Positions 38,407 to 48,149 of a stretch of DNA of 64,000 bases are shown here, piece after piece. The notes beneath the pieces are model-generated. The model was given only the letters and a program-made list of their open reading frames with translations, did not search any database and was not told the origin of the DNA. Origin of the DNA: a virus (taxonomy: Duplodnaviria > Caudoviricetes); IMG/VR virus record IMGVR_UViG_2895767234_000001, positions 7,555 to 71,554 of that record; one strand, given 5' to 3'. Within the stretch, counting starts at the first letter, position 1, and each line of letters opens with the position of its first letter. The translations under genes were made by a program, and so were the position numbers.

Positions 38407-39866
38407 GCCCTCCCGGCTTCGAGGTCATCGAAGGGCACGCCGTCCTGGCGCACGGCTTTCAGGCCCGTGGCCGCCTGGGCGCGGCGGATGATCTGGTCGA
38501 CGTAGTTGGGGCCGAGTTCGTTCAGGTAGGCGATTCGCCCGTGCTTGTGGGCCGCGATGAGTGTCGTGCCGCTGCCGCCGAATGGGTCGAGGACAGGCCA
38601 GCCCGGCTGACTGCTGTTCTTGATCAGCCGTTCCACAAGGGCCACTGGCTTCATGGTCGGGTGAATGTCGTTCCTGACGGGCTTTTTCTCGTAGATCACG
38701 GTGCTGGCGTCCCGTGTCTGCCGCAGCAGGCTGAGCAGCTCGTCCTTGCTGAGTTTGCTCAGGTCGGCGCTGTCGTCGATCACGGTGGTCTGCGTGAAGT
38801 CCCAGCCGTAGTAGTGCCCGGCCCCTTCCTTCCAGCCGTACAGCGCGGGTTCGTGCCGCCAGTTGTAGTCCTGGCGGCTCATGTTGGCCGCGTTTTTCAC
38901 CCACACCAGCGTCTGCGAGTACTTGAAGCCGCCCGCGCGCAGGCCCTGGTGGAAGGCCACGCTCTCGACTTCGGCGTAGAACACGTAAAGGCACGCGCCA
39001 GGCGGCATGACACTCGCGGTGGCCTGCATGGCGCTCTTGATGAACACCGCGAATTCCTCGGGGGTCATGGCGTCGTTGGCGATCTTCAGGCGGTCTTTGG
39101 TTTTGCCCTCGTAGGCCACGTTGTACGGCGGGTCCGTGACGGTGAGCCGGGCCTGAACGCCGCCCATCAGGCGGGCGAGGTGCGCAGCGTTCGTGCTGTC
39201 CCCGCACTGAACGCGGTGGGGGCCGAGGCTCCACAGGTCGCCCGGGCGGGTGACCGTCTGCTCACTCAACGCCGGGACGTCGTCCTCGTCCGTGAGGAGG
39301 TCGTGCTCCACCGGGCCGCCCAGATCCGCCAGGATGTCCAGGTATTCGGCCTCGCTGTAGCCGGTACCGGCGAGGCCGCGTTCAGAGTCATACAGTTCGG
39401 TGAGCAGCGTGGCGAGCTTTTCCTGATCGTAGCTCGCCAGGTCACTCAGGCGGTTGTCGGCCAGGAGGATGGCCTGGGCATGGTGGTCGTCCTCGCTCTC
39501 GATGACCGTGACCGGAATCTCGGGCATCTGCGCGGCGGCGGCGGCCATGACGCGGTGATTGCCCGCCAGCACCTGGTCGGTGCGCTGGTCGTAGATCACG
39601 GTGCCGTAGAACCCGTTGGCGCGGAAGGACTGCGCAAGCGCGTCAAGGTCGCCCTGGCGGGGGTTTTTGTCTGCCAGCGGCAGCGACGCGGGGTCGCGCA
39701 TGACGGTTTCGACGTTCAGGATGCGAACTGGGGACGGGGCCGTCAGGCGGATCACCTCGGTGGAGTCGTGGGCAAAAAGAAGCGCCCGGCGCGGAAGCGC
39801 GGGCGTCAGGTAGATTGCGGGCGGATTATAGGGAGAATTATGCCGAATCTGTCCGGCGCGTGTCAA
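38403..39866 (-). CDS. ParB-N domain plus amino (N6A/N4C) DNA methyltransferase fusion (start uncertain)
   Basis: ParB part VLAGNHRV...ILLADNRL; MTase motifs TDPPYN, HPTMKPVAL, LDPFGGSGTT. Confidence 0.92.
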   Translation of the reverse strand: MTRAGQIRHNSPYNPPAIYLTPALPRRALLFAHDSTEVIRLTAPSPVRILNVETVMRDPASLPLADKNPRQGDLDALAQSFRANGFYGTVIYDQRTDQVLAGNHRVMAAAAAQMPEIPVTVIESEDDHHAQAILLADNRLSDLASYDQEKLATLLTELYDSERGLAGTGYSEAEYLDILADLGGPVEHDLLTDEDDVPALSEQTVTRPGDLWSLGPHRVQCGDSTNAAHLARLMGGVQARLTVTDPPYNVAYEGKTKDRLKIANDAMTPEEFAVFIKSAMQATASVMPPGACLYVFYAEVESVAFHQGLRAGGFKYSQTLVWVKNAANMSRQDYNWRHEPALYGWKEGAGHYYGWDFTQTTVIDDSADLSKLSKDELLSLLRQTRDASTVIYEKKPVRNDIHPTMKPVALVERLIKNSSQPGWPVLDPFGGSGTTLIAAHKHGRIAYLNELGPNYVDQIIRRAQAATGLKAVRQDGVPFDDLEAGRA

Positions 39867-41181
39867 CGCTCCCCCCTTCCGGTTCGGGCTCCGCCTCCAG
39901 GTGCGGCAGGTTCAGCCCCGGGGGACAGGCGCGGGCCAGGGCGACTTTCGGGGTGTGATGGGGCCGCAGTGTCCGGCGCAAGGCCTCCAGGGCCATCAGG
40001 GCGCGGGGGAACCGGCCCAGGCTGGCCCGCAGCTTCAGGTGCCCGTCGGCTTCCCGGTAGATCAGGTGTCCCAGGTCAGGTTTGACGCCACTCTTGTCCC
40101 CCTCGGGGTCAAGGCGGGAGAGCAGGCTGATCAGCTGGGCCCAGCCGTCCACGCCTACCTCCACACCGCTGACCAGTTCGATCTCGGGGCCGTTTTCCAC
40201 CACGAGCTTGCCACTTTGCTCGTCGTATATCGCCAGGAAGTCGAACACCTGCCGGACGTGCAGGGGGGGACGTTGCGCCCCCTGCCGCTCCGTTTTGCCC
40301 TGCGGCACTGGAAGGTCGATATAAAAGCGTTCAGCGTTGTGCCAGCGTCCGCCCTGTATGTCCTCGCGGCGGTGGCGGCGGTAGGTGCGCTGATGGAGCT
40401 GATGCGCGTGGTGGGCGGCCTCGGCACGTTCGGCATACTCCAGGGCGAGTTGCACTTTGCCGTCCAGCAGGGCGCGGCGGGCACGGATGTCGAGGCTGAT
40501 CATGGTGCGGCCCGCTTCGCCCAGCCGTCCACTGGTTGCGTCCGCGCTGGTGTCGGGGCGGCGACTGTGGCGACGATCGGCGTAGGTTTGCCCGGCGACC
40601 AGCGCCTGGGCGATCAGGTTGATTTCCTCGCGGGCGTCCCGGTCGGGCTTCCATTCGCGCAGCACCCATGTGCGCCGGGCAGTGCGGCCCACCGTCAACG
40701 TGGCCTGACGCGGGCAGGGACAGAGGTAGGGGCGGTCGGCCAGCGCGGGGTTGATGGGCAGGACGTGACGCTGGTGGGAGGTCAGGCGGGTCTGGGCATC
40801 CTTGACTTTCAGGCCGCAGCCCCCCACTGGACACGGGGCCTCGTGGGCGGTGCCTTCGGTGCGGCGGGGGACGGCGCGGCGGGCGGTGCGCACGGCTTCA
40901 CGGGCCAACTGGGCCAGGGTTTCGGCCGGCGGGAGATCCTGGCCGAGGATCAGGGTCGCCCGCGCCTCGGTGTCGTGTTCCTGCTGCGCCAGGCGGCGGG
41001 TCAGGGCGATGGCGTGGGCATTCCAGCTGGCCTGCTGATCCAGCGGCACCGGGCCGGCCAGCACCGCGTCGATGTCGTCGAGTTCATCACGGGTGCGCTG
41101 CTCGGCCTGCGCGAAGAGCAGCAGGTGTTGCCAGTCCGGGGTGGCTTCCCAGGGTCGGGATTCGGTGGTGGCGTCCATCAA
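39838..41181 (-). CDS. Hypothetical protein (447 aa) with Cys/His cluster
   Basis: CPVGGC...HQRH and CPCP motifs; coupled operon. Confidence 0.65.
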   Translation of the reverse strand: MMDATTESRPWEATPDWQHLLLFAQAEQRTRDELDDIDAVLAGPVPLDQQASWNAHAIALTRRLAQQEHDTEARATLILGQDLPPAETLAQLAREAVRTARRAVPRRTEGTAHEAPCPVGGCGLKVKDAQTRLTSHQRHVLPINPALADRPYLCPCPRQATLTVGRTARRTWVLREWKPDRDAREEINLIAQALVAGQTYADRRHSRRPDTSADATSGRLGEAGRTMISLDIRARRALLDGKVQLALEYAERAEAAHHAHQLHQRTYRRHRREDIQGGRWHNAERFYIDLPVPQGKTERQGAQRPPLHVRQVFDFLAIYDEQSGKLVVENGPEIELVSGVEVGVDGWAQLISLLSRLDPEGDKSGVKPDLGHLIYREADGHLKLRASLGRFPRALMALEALRRTLRPHHTPKVALARACPPGLNLPHLEAEPEPEGGSVDTRRTDSA

Positions 41182-41501
41182 AGCTGAAACCCCATGATCT
41201 CGCGGGCCAGGCGCTTGAGATCCGGCAGTTGCTGCAGGGTGTCGTAGGCGCTGGGCTGGGCCTCGTCACTGGTATGCAGTCCGGCCTTGACCAGCTCCAG
41301 CAGGATGAACTGCTCGGGGCGCAGGCGGTGCGTGGGCGGGCAGGTCGGGGGCGAAGGGAGCGGGGCGATGCCCAGGGCGGCCAGTGGCGGCTCAGCGGCG
41401 AGCGTGGGAGCCGCGTCCTTTGGGCGGGGCCCGGGGGGCGGCTGGTGCCGGGCGATCAGGGCCTGCTTTTGCCGGCGATCAGCGGCTTTGGATTTGGACA
41501 T
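41178..41501 (-). CDS. Hypothetical protein (107 aa)
   Basis: Coupled ORF with RBS. Confidence 0.55.
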   Translation of the reverse strand: MSKSKAADRRQKQALIARHQPPPGPRPKDAAPTLAAEPPLAALGIAPLPSPPTCPPTHRLRPEQFILLELVKAGLHTSDEAQPSAYDTLQQLPDLKRLAREIMGFQL

Positions 41502-41530
41502 GGGGGGGGTTCTCCAGTTGCCGGGCGGCG

Positions 41531-41920
41531 CTAGCGCAGGGCCGCGTAGAGGCAGGTTTCCAGGGGCAAAAAGTGGCGGATGACGCGGGCGGGGCTGACT
41601 TCCAGGCAGAGCGGCACCTGCTCGAAGCGCCGGGCCTGCGCGCGGTGGCCGACCCTGAAGTCCCCCACATCGGTGGTGATGTCGTACTGCTCGATGTGGT
41701 CGTACTGCGGGATCTGGGTTTTTCCCCCGTCGAGCGACACGAAGCGCACCTGCTCGTAGGAGGTGTCACGAATGTGGGCGGTGTGGACGGTCAGCAGCTG
41801 GCCGGGTGCCCGGGCGTCCCGAATGGCCAGGAACAGCGCGGCGGCCACGAGAGCGATGATGGCCATTCCCCCCAGGAGCGGGAAGGCTGAAGTTGCGTTG
41901 AATCTGGGCATACGCGTCAC
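41531..41920 (-). CDS. Single-pass membrane protein (129 aa)
   Basis: Hydrophobic segment LLGGMAIIALVAAALFLAI. Confidence 0.55.
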   Translation of the reverse strand: MTRMPRFNATSAFPLLGGMAIIALVAAALFLAIRDARAPGQLLTVHTAHIRDTSYEQVRFVSLDGGKTQIPQYDHIEQYDITTDVGDFRVGHRAQARRFEQVPLCLEVSPARVIRHFLPLETCLYAALR

Positions 41921-41926
41921 TTCCAG

Positions 41927-42160
41927 TCAGGTGAGGCCGCCTGTGGTCAGGCCCAGGCGGTCGAGGGCGCAGCGCTGGTGCTCTTGCAGGTCATCCTGTG
42001 CGGCCAGCGAAGCCTTCAGGGCGCGGCTGTAGTCGTCCCACCAGGCGGCCTGCGCGGTGGCGCGGCCAAGCGTATGGACGGCCGCCACGTAGTCGTCACG
42101 GGCCTGCGCGGTGACCTGCAAGAGCAGCCTCGTGTCGGTGACGCGCTGGCGGTGCTGCAC
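41927..42160 (-). CDS. Hypothetical coiled-coil protein (77 aa)
   Basis: Fits the tiling of the operon. Confidence 0.45.
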   Translation of the reverse strand: MQHRQRVTDTRLLLQVTAQARDDYVAAVHTLGRATAQAAWWDDYSRALKASLAAQDDLQEHQRCALDRLGLTTGGLT

Positions 42161-42184
42161 GTGGGCTATGAAGCGCGCTGGTGT

Positions 42185-42865
42185 TCACAGCTGCGAATCG
42201 AGGGTCGGGCACCCGGCCCGTTCGCAGCCCACCAGGGGACAGATGGCGGCGTGCTCGCGGGCAATAAGCTCAGGGGATTCCCGGAAAAAGGACGCGAGGC
42301 GCACGGCCACGGCGAACATATTCCCGCTCAGGCCCATGCGCTCCAGTTCGGGTGCACGCTGAATCTGCTCGCCATACTTCAGTCCCCCGAATTGCCGTAC
42401 CGCCTCGGCGGTGGCGCAGGTGTTCAGGATGACCACGGCGGCCTGGCAGGTCGCCAGCTCGTACCCCTGATCCTCCCAGGCGGTCTCGGGGCGGCGGGCC
42501 ATGAAGCCGTTCAGGCGTTGCTGGAAGGGTTCGGGGAGCTGGGCAATCGTGCTCAGCTGCTCCGCGCGACCTGCGGAGAAGGCGTCGAGGCGCGCCTGCC
42601 TGTCCGCGGCCACGTTCCTTTCCTGCTCGGCCTGAAAGTCGGCGGCGGTCTGGTAGAAGAACGTGTGGCCGTCGATCACCAGGCCGCGCACAGGGCAGCC
42701 CAGGCCGCGCCCGTAAAAGCGGGCCACCATGCCGGGGGTGGGGGTGATGGGGCCTTTGGGGGCGAAGAAGCTCCAGCCGTCATTGGTGGTGATGCTGTGC
42801 CTGCCGTCCCCGGAGGAGCTGACCGCCGTGATGAGGTTGTCTTTGTACTGGGTGTCGTTCTCCAT
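42185..42865 (-). CDS. Hypothetical protein (226 aa)
   Basis: GAAGG RBS; protein-like composition; ends HAAICPLVGC. Confidence 0.7.
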   Translation of the reverse strand: MENDTQYKDNLITAVSSSGDGRHSITTNDGWSFFAPKGPITPTPGMVARFYGRGLGCPVRGLVIDGHTFFYQTAADFQAEQERNVAADRQARLDAFSAGRAEQLSTIAQLPEPFQQRLNGFMARRPETAWEDQGYELATCQAAVVILNTCATAEAVRQFGGLKYGEQIQRAPELERMGLSGNMFAVAVRLASFFRESPELIAREHAAICPLVGCERAGCPTLDSQL

Positions 42866-43233
42866 CAGGCACCTTCCTTGATGATCTGGTCGGGGGCGCT
42901 GCCGCGCAGGGCGTCGGCAATGGCCCGCTGCACATAGGCCCTGATGTGCTCGGGCACTTCGGGCGGCCGCAGGTGGTTGTTCCGTTCGTCGTCCCGCTGA
43001 TCAGCCAGGGCCATGAGGCGCTGGATCTCCGCGTCCTGAGCAACGATGTATTCCGCGAGGCCGAGGGGGTCACCAATCAGGGCCTGCCGGGCCGGCCATT
43101 CCTGGCGGGCAGGGCGAGGCGCGGCACCCACCAGTTGACTGAAGAATTCCTGGGTGGCCTGCGCATCGTCCTGAAGGGCCTTCAGATAGTGGCGGGCCGC
43201 CAGCAGGAAGAAGTGGCTGGAATCGTGGGTCAT
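42865..43233 (-). CDS. Hypothetical protein (122 aa)
   Basis: Start re-called at MTHDSSHF; ATGA overlap. Confidence 0.6.
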   Translation of the reverse strand: MTHDSSHFFLLAARHYLKALQDDAQATQEFFSQLVGAAPRPARQEWPARQALIGDPLGLAEYIVAQDAEIQRLMALADQRDDERNNHLRPPEVPEHIRAYVQRAIADALRGSAPDQIIKEGA

Positions 43234-43718
43234 ACCGTGACCTGCCCTTTTTGCCCCACGGGCTTGAGTCGGGCGCCCTGGCGCAGCATGTCGGCCAGGA
43301 ACTCGATTTCCTCCTGGGGGCGGTCGTTCAGCCACTTCTCGATCTCGTGGCGGGCGCGGCTGGTCTCCAGCTGGCGGTCACGCGCCTGGAAGAACGGGTG
43401 ACCGGTCTGCTTGTCCAGCTCCTGCATCTGCTTGACCAGCTGGGCCATTTCCGGCCCGAGCGCTTCCAGGCCGGCTTTGCCAAGAACGATCTGCATCGCC
43501 GACCACCAGATACCCATGTCCACGGCGCCGCGCGCTAGCGGGCCCATGGGGGCCTGCTCCGGGTGTTCCATGTAGGGCTTGAGTTTCTCGGCGGCACTCA
43601 GCATGCGGGGCTGCACTTCATTCACGACGTCCACGGCGCGGTCGAGCATCTGCGTCGGGTTCTGCATGAGGTCGGCCAGGGCAAGCAGGAATTTGGGAGG
43701 CAATTTCATGTCAGTCAT
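43230..43718 (-). CDS. Hypothetical helical protein (162 aa)
   Basis: GGAG RBS; coupled. Confidence 0.6.
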   Translation of the reverse strand: MTDMKLPPKFLLALADLMQNPTQMLDRAVDVVNEVQPRMLSAAEKLKPYMEHPEQAPMGPLARGAVDMGIWWSAMQIVLGKAGLEALGPEMAQLVKQMQELDKQTGHPFFQARDRQLETSRARHEIEKWLNDRPQEEIEFLADMLRQGARLKPVGQKGQVTV

Positions 43719-43965
43719 GGGTCTCCAGTTCGTACAGTTCGTCGTCGGTGGGCCTGACCTTCGCCTGCTCGATCAGGTCGATCAGGCTGGCGGCGATTTC
43801 GGCGGCGGTGTACCGAGGCGAGCAGCGGCTCTTGATCAGGCTGTAACTCATGGGGCGCTGGCGTTCGTGCAGGAGCGCCAGGATGTCCCGCGTCGCCTGC
43901 GCGGTGCCCCACTCCCCGCGGGCCACGGCGTAAATGTCGGGGTGCGCGTCAGGGTCTGTGGTCAT
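43711..43965 (-). CDS. Small winged-helix-like protein (84 aa)
   Basis: ILALLHERQRPMSYSLI...EIAASLIDLIEQAKV...YEL pattern. Confidence 0.55.
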   Translation of the reverse strand: MTTDPDAHPDIYAVARGEWGTAQATRDILALLHERQRPMSYSLIKSRCSPRYTAAEIAASLIDLIEQAKVRPTDDELYELETHD

Positions 43966-45055
43966 CAGCCGTGTCCTCCTCGATGACGTGCGGCGTCCAG
44001 GTTTTCGTGTTCAGGGCGCACAGCCGGCCAGTCCACACCGCGCCGGTGTCGATGAACCACGCGGCGCTGCCGTCGTCCAGGCCCACCGGGAGCGGGGCGC
44101 TTTCCAGCGGGGTGTGTCCGTGCACGCTGTGGGTGACCCCTTCCGGCAGGGGATAAAAAGGCGTGTCGCCGGCCAGCGGGCGGCCCCAGATCGGGGCGTC
44201 TACGTCGTGACCCGAGGGGTCGGGCCGCATGGCGTGCGCGTACAGTACCGGGCCAATCACCACGCTCCTGAGCAGGTGCGCGCGCATCCACGCCGCGTCG
44301 TCCCGCATGGCCTGCCCGTCCGGGCCGTAACTGAGGACGGTCTGCAGGCCGCCGTTGTGGTGCCAGTGCGTGGGGTCTGCGCCGTCCAGCAGCGCCTCCA
44401 TCATCCAGGCGTCATGGTTGCCCAGCAGGGCGGTGGCGCGGCCCGCCGTGACGAGTTCGCGCACCTTCCGGACCACACCGGCGCTGTCCGGGCCACGGTC
44501 GACGTAATCACCCAGGAAGAGGAAGTGATGCTTCCGGAAGCGGGCGAGGAGATGCTCCAGCAGATCCAGACGTCCGTGCAGGTCGCCCACGGCCAGGACG
44601 GGCTTGCCGTCTGGGCAGTCCTCGGGGTGGAAGACGTCATACCACAGCGTCCAGCGCCAGTCCGGTTCGCGCCGCCGCATCTGCTGAATGGTGTACAGGG
44701 CGTTGTGAAGCACCAACGCCAGGCTGTCGGTCGTCTCGTTACTGAGTTCGTGGCCGTCGCCGCGCATGGTGCCCGACGAGGCCCAGGGGCCTTCCCAGGC
44801 GCGGCGGCCCTGGCGGTCGAAGGTGAAGTTGAACGAGGCCTCAGCGGACAGTGCCCAGCCTTCCGGGGTTGTCCAGCAGAAACGGGCGCTGGCGTGCTGA
44901 CCGTCCTCGCTCACCTCGAACTCGGGCAGGCCGCCGAACGCCTCCGGAATGCCGGCGGCCTTCAGGTGCTGCCCCACCACGCTCTTGAGGTTCTTGTTTT
45001 TGCCGTAGAACGCGACGTCCGGCAGGTCGCGTCCGTTGGGGAGGGCGGAGGTCAT
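43949..45055 (-). CDS. Metallophosphoesterase (Ser/Thr phosphatase-like) fused to an unknown N-domain
   Basis: VGDLHG, FLGDYVDRGPDS, LLGNHD, YAHA, VHGHTP, IDTGAV. Confidence 0.9.
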   Translation of the reverse strand: MTSALPNGRDLPDVAFYGKNKNLKSVVGQHLKAAGIPEAFGGLPEFEVSEDGQHASARFCWTTPEGWALSAEASFNFTFDRQGRRAWEGPWASSGTMRGDGHELSNETTDSLALVLHNALYTIQQMRRREPDWRWTLWYDVFHPEDCPDGKPVLAVGDLHGRLDLLEHLLARFRKHHFLFLGDYVDRGPDSAGVVRKVRELVTAGRATALLGNHDAWMMEALLDGADPTHWHHNGGLQTVLSYGPDGQAMRDDAAWMRAHLLRSVVIGPVLYAHAMRPDPSGHDVDAPIWGRPLAGDTPFYPLPEGVTHSVHGHTPLESAPLPVGLDDGSAAWFIDTGAVWTGRLCALNTKTWTPHVIEEDTADDHRP

Positions 45056-45339
45056 GGCCGCCTCTGGACGAACCGCGCCTGGAATTCATACACTTCGCGG
45101 GCGTAGCACTGCCCCCACGGCTGGTTTTCCTCATCCACTTCGCGGTAGACCACCACCCAGTCCCCTTCCTGAATGGGCCGCCCGGACGCCTGCACCTCGG
45201 CGCGGTGGAGTTCGACGTAGTGATGCCCGCCCTGGAGGTGCCGCCAGCAGCGGGCGCGGGCCCGGCGCTGTTGGGCGCCCAGGCCCAGCCGGTAGCCCAC
45301 CAGGGCCGCCCCCAGGGCCAGCAGCAGTGCCCCGCTCAT
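45052..45339 (-). CDS. Small membrane-anchored protein (95 aa)
   Basis: N-terminal hydrophobic helix. Confidence 0.55.
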   Translation of the reverse strand: MSGALLLALGAALVGYRLGLGAQQRRARARCWRHLQGGHHYVELHRAEVQASGRPIQEGDWVVVYREVDEENQPWGQCYAREVYEFQARFVQRRP

Positions 45340-45905
45340 GCCCGCCGCCCGCCGTGCCGGTGGCCGCGCCCGCTGTTCTTCACCAGGATGTCGTACAGGA
45401 TGTTCTGCGTGTGCCCGCCCTGGCTGCGAATGAAGTACTCGGCTTCCTGCGCGAGGTTCAGCAGGTCATACATGATGACCAGGCGGGCCACCTGTTCGTC
45501 CTCCACCTTGCGGTAGTTTTCGAGCGCGGCGGCCGTCATGCCGTGCAGGTACAGCAGGTGCTGTTCGCGCGTGTAGTCCGTGTACATGATCGCCAGAACA
45601 TTGGCCGTGTCCGCCACTTCCGGCGTGCCCTGCTGCACGAGCTGTTGCAGGTCGAGGGCGCGGACGATCACGTCGCCCAGTTCGCGCTGGAAGGCCTCCA
45701 GTCGGTGGAGGTCATTGAACGCCTCCACAATTTCGCTGTGGATCAGGGCCAGGTATCTGGGGACATCGCCGAACTGAAAGTCCAGACCCCAGCCGTTGGC
45801 AGCGTTGATGCGGCGGATGAGGGGGCCGAGAGCGAGGGGGGGCAGCGTGCCCACACCCCTCGCTATTTCGCTGGCGGTGGGCATGGGGGGCGAAGGCTCG
45901 TTCAT
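45336..45905 (-). CDS. MazG-like nucleotide pyrophosphohydrolase
   Basis: LALIHSEIVEAFND...RELGDVIVRALDL (ExxE...ExxD). Confidence 0.8.
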   Translation of the reverse strand: MNEPSPPMPTASEIARGVGTLPPLALGPLIRRINAANGWGLDFQFGDVPRYLALIHSEIVEAFNDLHRLEAFQRELGDVIVRALDLQQLVQQGTPEVADTANVLAIMYTDYTREQHLLYLHGMTAAALENYRKVEDEQVARLVIMYDLLNLAQEAEYFIRSQGGHTQNILYDILVKNSGRGHRHGGRRA

Positions 45906-46273
45906 GGGTTCTCCTGCAAAAGGGCTTCAATGCGCCGGCGCAGTTCCCGGCCTTCTGCGGCCAGGGCGTCGGCGCTTTCGGCGTCGCGGATGATGAGGGG
46001 TTGGAGGGCATGTGAGCGCAGCAGGGCGTGGTACTTCACCTGATCGGGGCTGAGTTTCCCGCTGCGGGTCTTCAGTTCGACGAGGGCCACCAGGGCAAAG
46101 CGCGTGCCCCGCACAGGCAGGAAGGCCAGGCCGTCCGGAAACCCCACGGGCAGGCGGTGCCCGGACTTGCCAGCCTCGGTTTTCACACTCAGATACCCGC
46201 GCCGGGCGAAGACCTCGCGCACCTGCTGTTCGATCTGCGCTTCAGAGACCGTGCGGGTCGGCCTGCGGGGCAT
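45902..46273 (-). CDS. VRR-NUC family nuclease
   Basis: SEAQIEQQV...GFPDGL...VELKTRSGKLSPDQ. Confidence 0.88.
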   Translation of the reverse strand: MPRRPTRTVSEAQIEQQVREVFARRGYLSVKTEAGKSGHRLPVGFPDGLAFLPVRGTRFALVALVELKTRSGKLSPDQVKYHALLRSHALQPLIIRDAESADALAAEGRELRRRIEALLQENP

Positions 46274-46826
46274 CCGTGAATCCCTTGTGCGTGATCTTGA
46301 CCTTGCGGCCGTCCGGGTGATGCCAGACGACGCCCTCCCAGTCGGGATGCTGGCGCAGATAGCCGCGCAGGCCGTCAAAGTCGCGCGGCACGCCGCCTAA
46401 AGGGTGGGCGCCGTGACGGATCAGCAGGTGCCGTCCCCCGTGCAGGTCGGCGTCCGCGCCCCCCTGCACCTTCGGGCCGATCAGCTCGTAGGTGCCGTCC
46501 GGCAACCCCGCCTGCTGCGCCCAGGCCTCCCGGTGGTATCTGGCGGCGGCGTCCACCGCCGTGACAGGAAGCCAGCCGGGCCAGTGTCCGGTGACGGGGT
46601 CCGGGTCGGGCTGAGCGGGCCGGAAACCGGCGGGGGGCGTGCGCCCGAGTTTGGCGTCGTAGCGGCGGTAGAGGTCACCGCCCTCGACCAGGCAGCAGGT
46701 GCCGTTGTACTTGCGGGTGGGGGTGCCTTCGCCGCGGAGCACCCACTCGCTGCCGGGAACCACCTCGCGCAGCAGCTCGCGGCGGCCGCCGTAATCGCGC
46801 TTGAACAGGCTGGGGGTCTTTTTCAT
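46242..46826 (-). CDS. RNA-ligase-like nucleotidyltransferase (DUF5565/RLIG1-like)
   Basis: MKKTPSLFKRD...GSEWVLRGEGTPTRKYNGTCC (motif I Kx(D/N)G), GTYELIGPKVQG, EGVVWHHPDGRKVK. Confidence 0.72.
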   Translation of the reverse strand: MKKTPSLFKRDYGGRRELLREVVPGSEWVLRGEGTPTRKYNGTCCLVEGGDLYRRYDAKLGRTPPAGFRPAQPDPDPVTGHWPGWLPVTAVDAAARYHREAWAQQAGLPDGTYELIGPKVQGGADADLHGGRHLLIRHGAHPLGGVPRDFDGLRGYLRQHPDWEGVVWHHPDGRKVKITHKGFTDAPQADPHGL

Positions 46827-46827
46827 G

Positions 46828-47214
46828 TCAGTCCTCGAGTTCTTCCGCCACGCGGCGGGCCACCTCGTCGCCGTGGGTGGCACGAAGGGATTCGATGTAC
46901 GGCGACTCCACCTGCTGCCGCCAGAGTTGTTGCAGCCGCCCTTCGGCCAGGCCGGTCAGGACGTGCCCATGCCGAGCGCCCTGCTGGACGTAGCGGCACC
47001 ACCCGGCGCTGATCAGGGCTTGCCAGGCGGCGGCGGCGGCCGGGGTGGGCCGCTCGGGCGTGCCCAGACGGGTCATCGCCGGATACCGTTTCTGCACCTT
47101 GCGGATCGCTTCAGCGCGGGTGGTGGGCGAGGAGAGGTTCAGGACGCGCAGCAGGTGGTGTTCGAGGCTGAGAGCCAACGGATTGACGGCGAGAGGGGGG
47201 ATGGGGTTGGACAT
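46828..47214 (-). CDS. Winged-helix-like protein (128 aa)
   Basis: WQALISAGWC...HVLTGLAEGRL wing pattern. Confidence 0.55.
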   Translation of the reverse strand: MSNPIPPLAVNPLALSLEHHLLRVLNLSSPTTRAEAIRKVQKRYPAMTRLGTPERPTPAAAAAWQALISAGWCRYVQQGARHGHVLTGLAEGRLQQLWRQQVESPYIESLRATHGDEVARRVAEELED

Positions 47215-47239
47215 GCGACCTCGGGAGGGTGGGGGCGGC

Positions 47240-48022
47240 TCAGGACTGGGTAGGCGGCTCGATGACGTACGTCACGTTCCCTTCCGGCCGCTGGGTGCTG
47301 ATCCACTGCTCGTCGTCGCCCGCCTCGGTGAACACGTACAGCAGGCCGCGCTGGGCCATGCCTTCGACCACGCCGCTCAGGCGCTCAGGGGTGAAGGCGG
47401 CGCCGCGCCCTGTGAGCCCCTCGCGGACAGAAGCAATGTTCACGCCGCCCACGTCGGTGGCGGCAATGACGCTGGCAATGAGCTGTTCGAGCTCCAGGTA
47501 CTGGGGGTGAACGTAGCGAAGCTTCCCGTCGGCGATGACGATTTTCACCACGTCGCCCTGCGAGACGGCCTTCGCCAGCGGTTTGTGCAGGCTGCCCACC
47601 GGCATGCCCACGGCGCTCACGAGTTCCCCGTGGGCGTAAGCGTGGTCATGCCACATGGCCATATCGACCCACTGCTGGAACTGCTCGGCGCGGCTGCCCG
47701 GCTCTGGCGGCCCGGATTCGGCGGGGAACACTGGAGGGCCGGCTTCCTGCTCCCCCGCAGGGGCGCTGTCCCCTGCCGGAACCTGAGCGGCAGCCTCCAG
47801 CACGGGGGGCGCCGGGGACACGCTCAGGAACTGCACCAGGCGCTCTTTTTGCACCGCGCAGGCTTCGGCGGCCGCCAGGCGATCCGTCAGGTGTCTCAGG
47901 GACTCGCGGAGGTTGGGGAGCGACGCCACTTCGACGTCGATGCGCGCCAGGTAGCTGCACAGGGACTCGCCCTCTTGCATCAGGGCACTTTGCTGGTGGG
48001 GGATGGGGTCAGTCTGGGTCAT
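47240..48022 (-). CDS. Hypothetical protein with tandem winged-helix-like C-domains (260 aa)
   Basis: GGAG RBS; two helix-wing-like repeats. Confidence 0.55.
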   Translation of the reverse strand: MTQTDPIPHQQSALMQEGESLCSYLARIDVEVASLPNLRESLRHLTDRLAAAEACAVQKERLVQFLSVSPAPPVLEAAAQVPAGDSAPAGEQEAGPPVFPAESGPPEPGSRAEQFQQWVDMAMWHDHAYAHGELVSAVGMPVGSLHKPLAKAVSQGDVVKIVIADGKLRYVHPQYLELEQLIASVIAATDVGGVNIASVREGLTGRGAAFTPERLSGVVEGMAQRGLLYVFTEAGDDEQWISTQRPEGNVTYVIEPPTQS

Positions 48023-48149
48023 GGGGAATCCTCCAGAGAAAAACCCGCGCCAGCGTCAGGGCTGGGGCGGAGTACGGGGCGGTGATGGGTTGTGGGTGAG
48101 TGACCTGGTGTGAGGCGCTCAGGGCGCGGGCAGGCCTGGCAGGTGGGCG

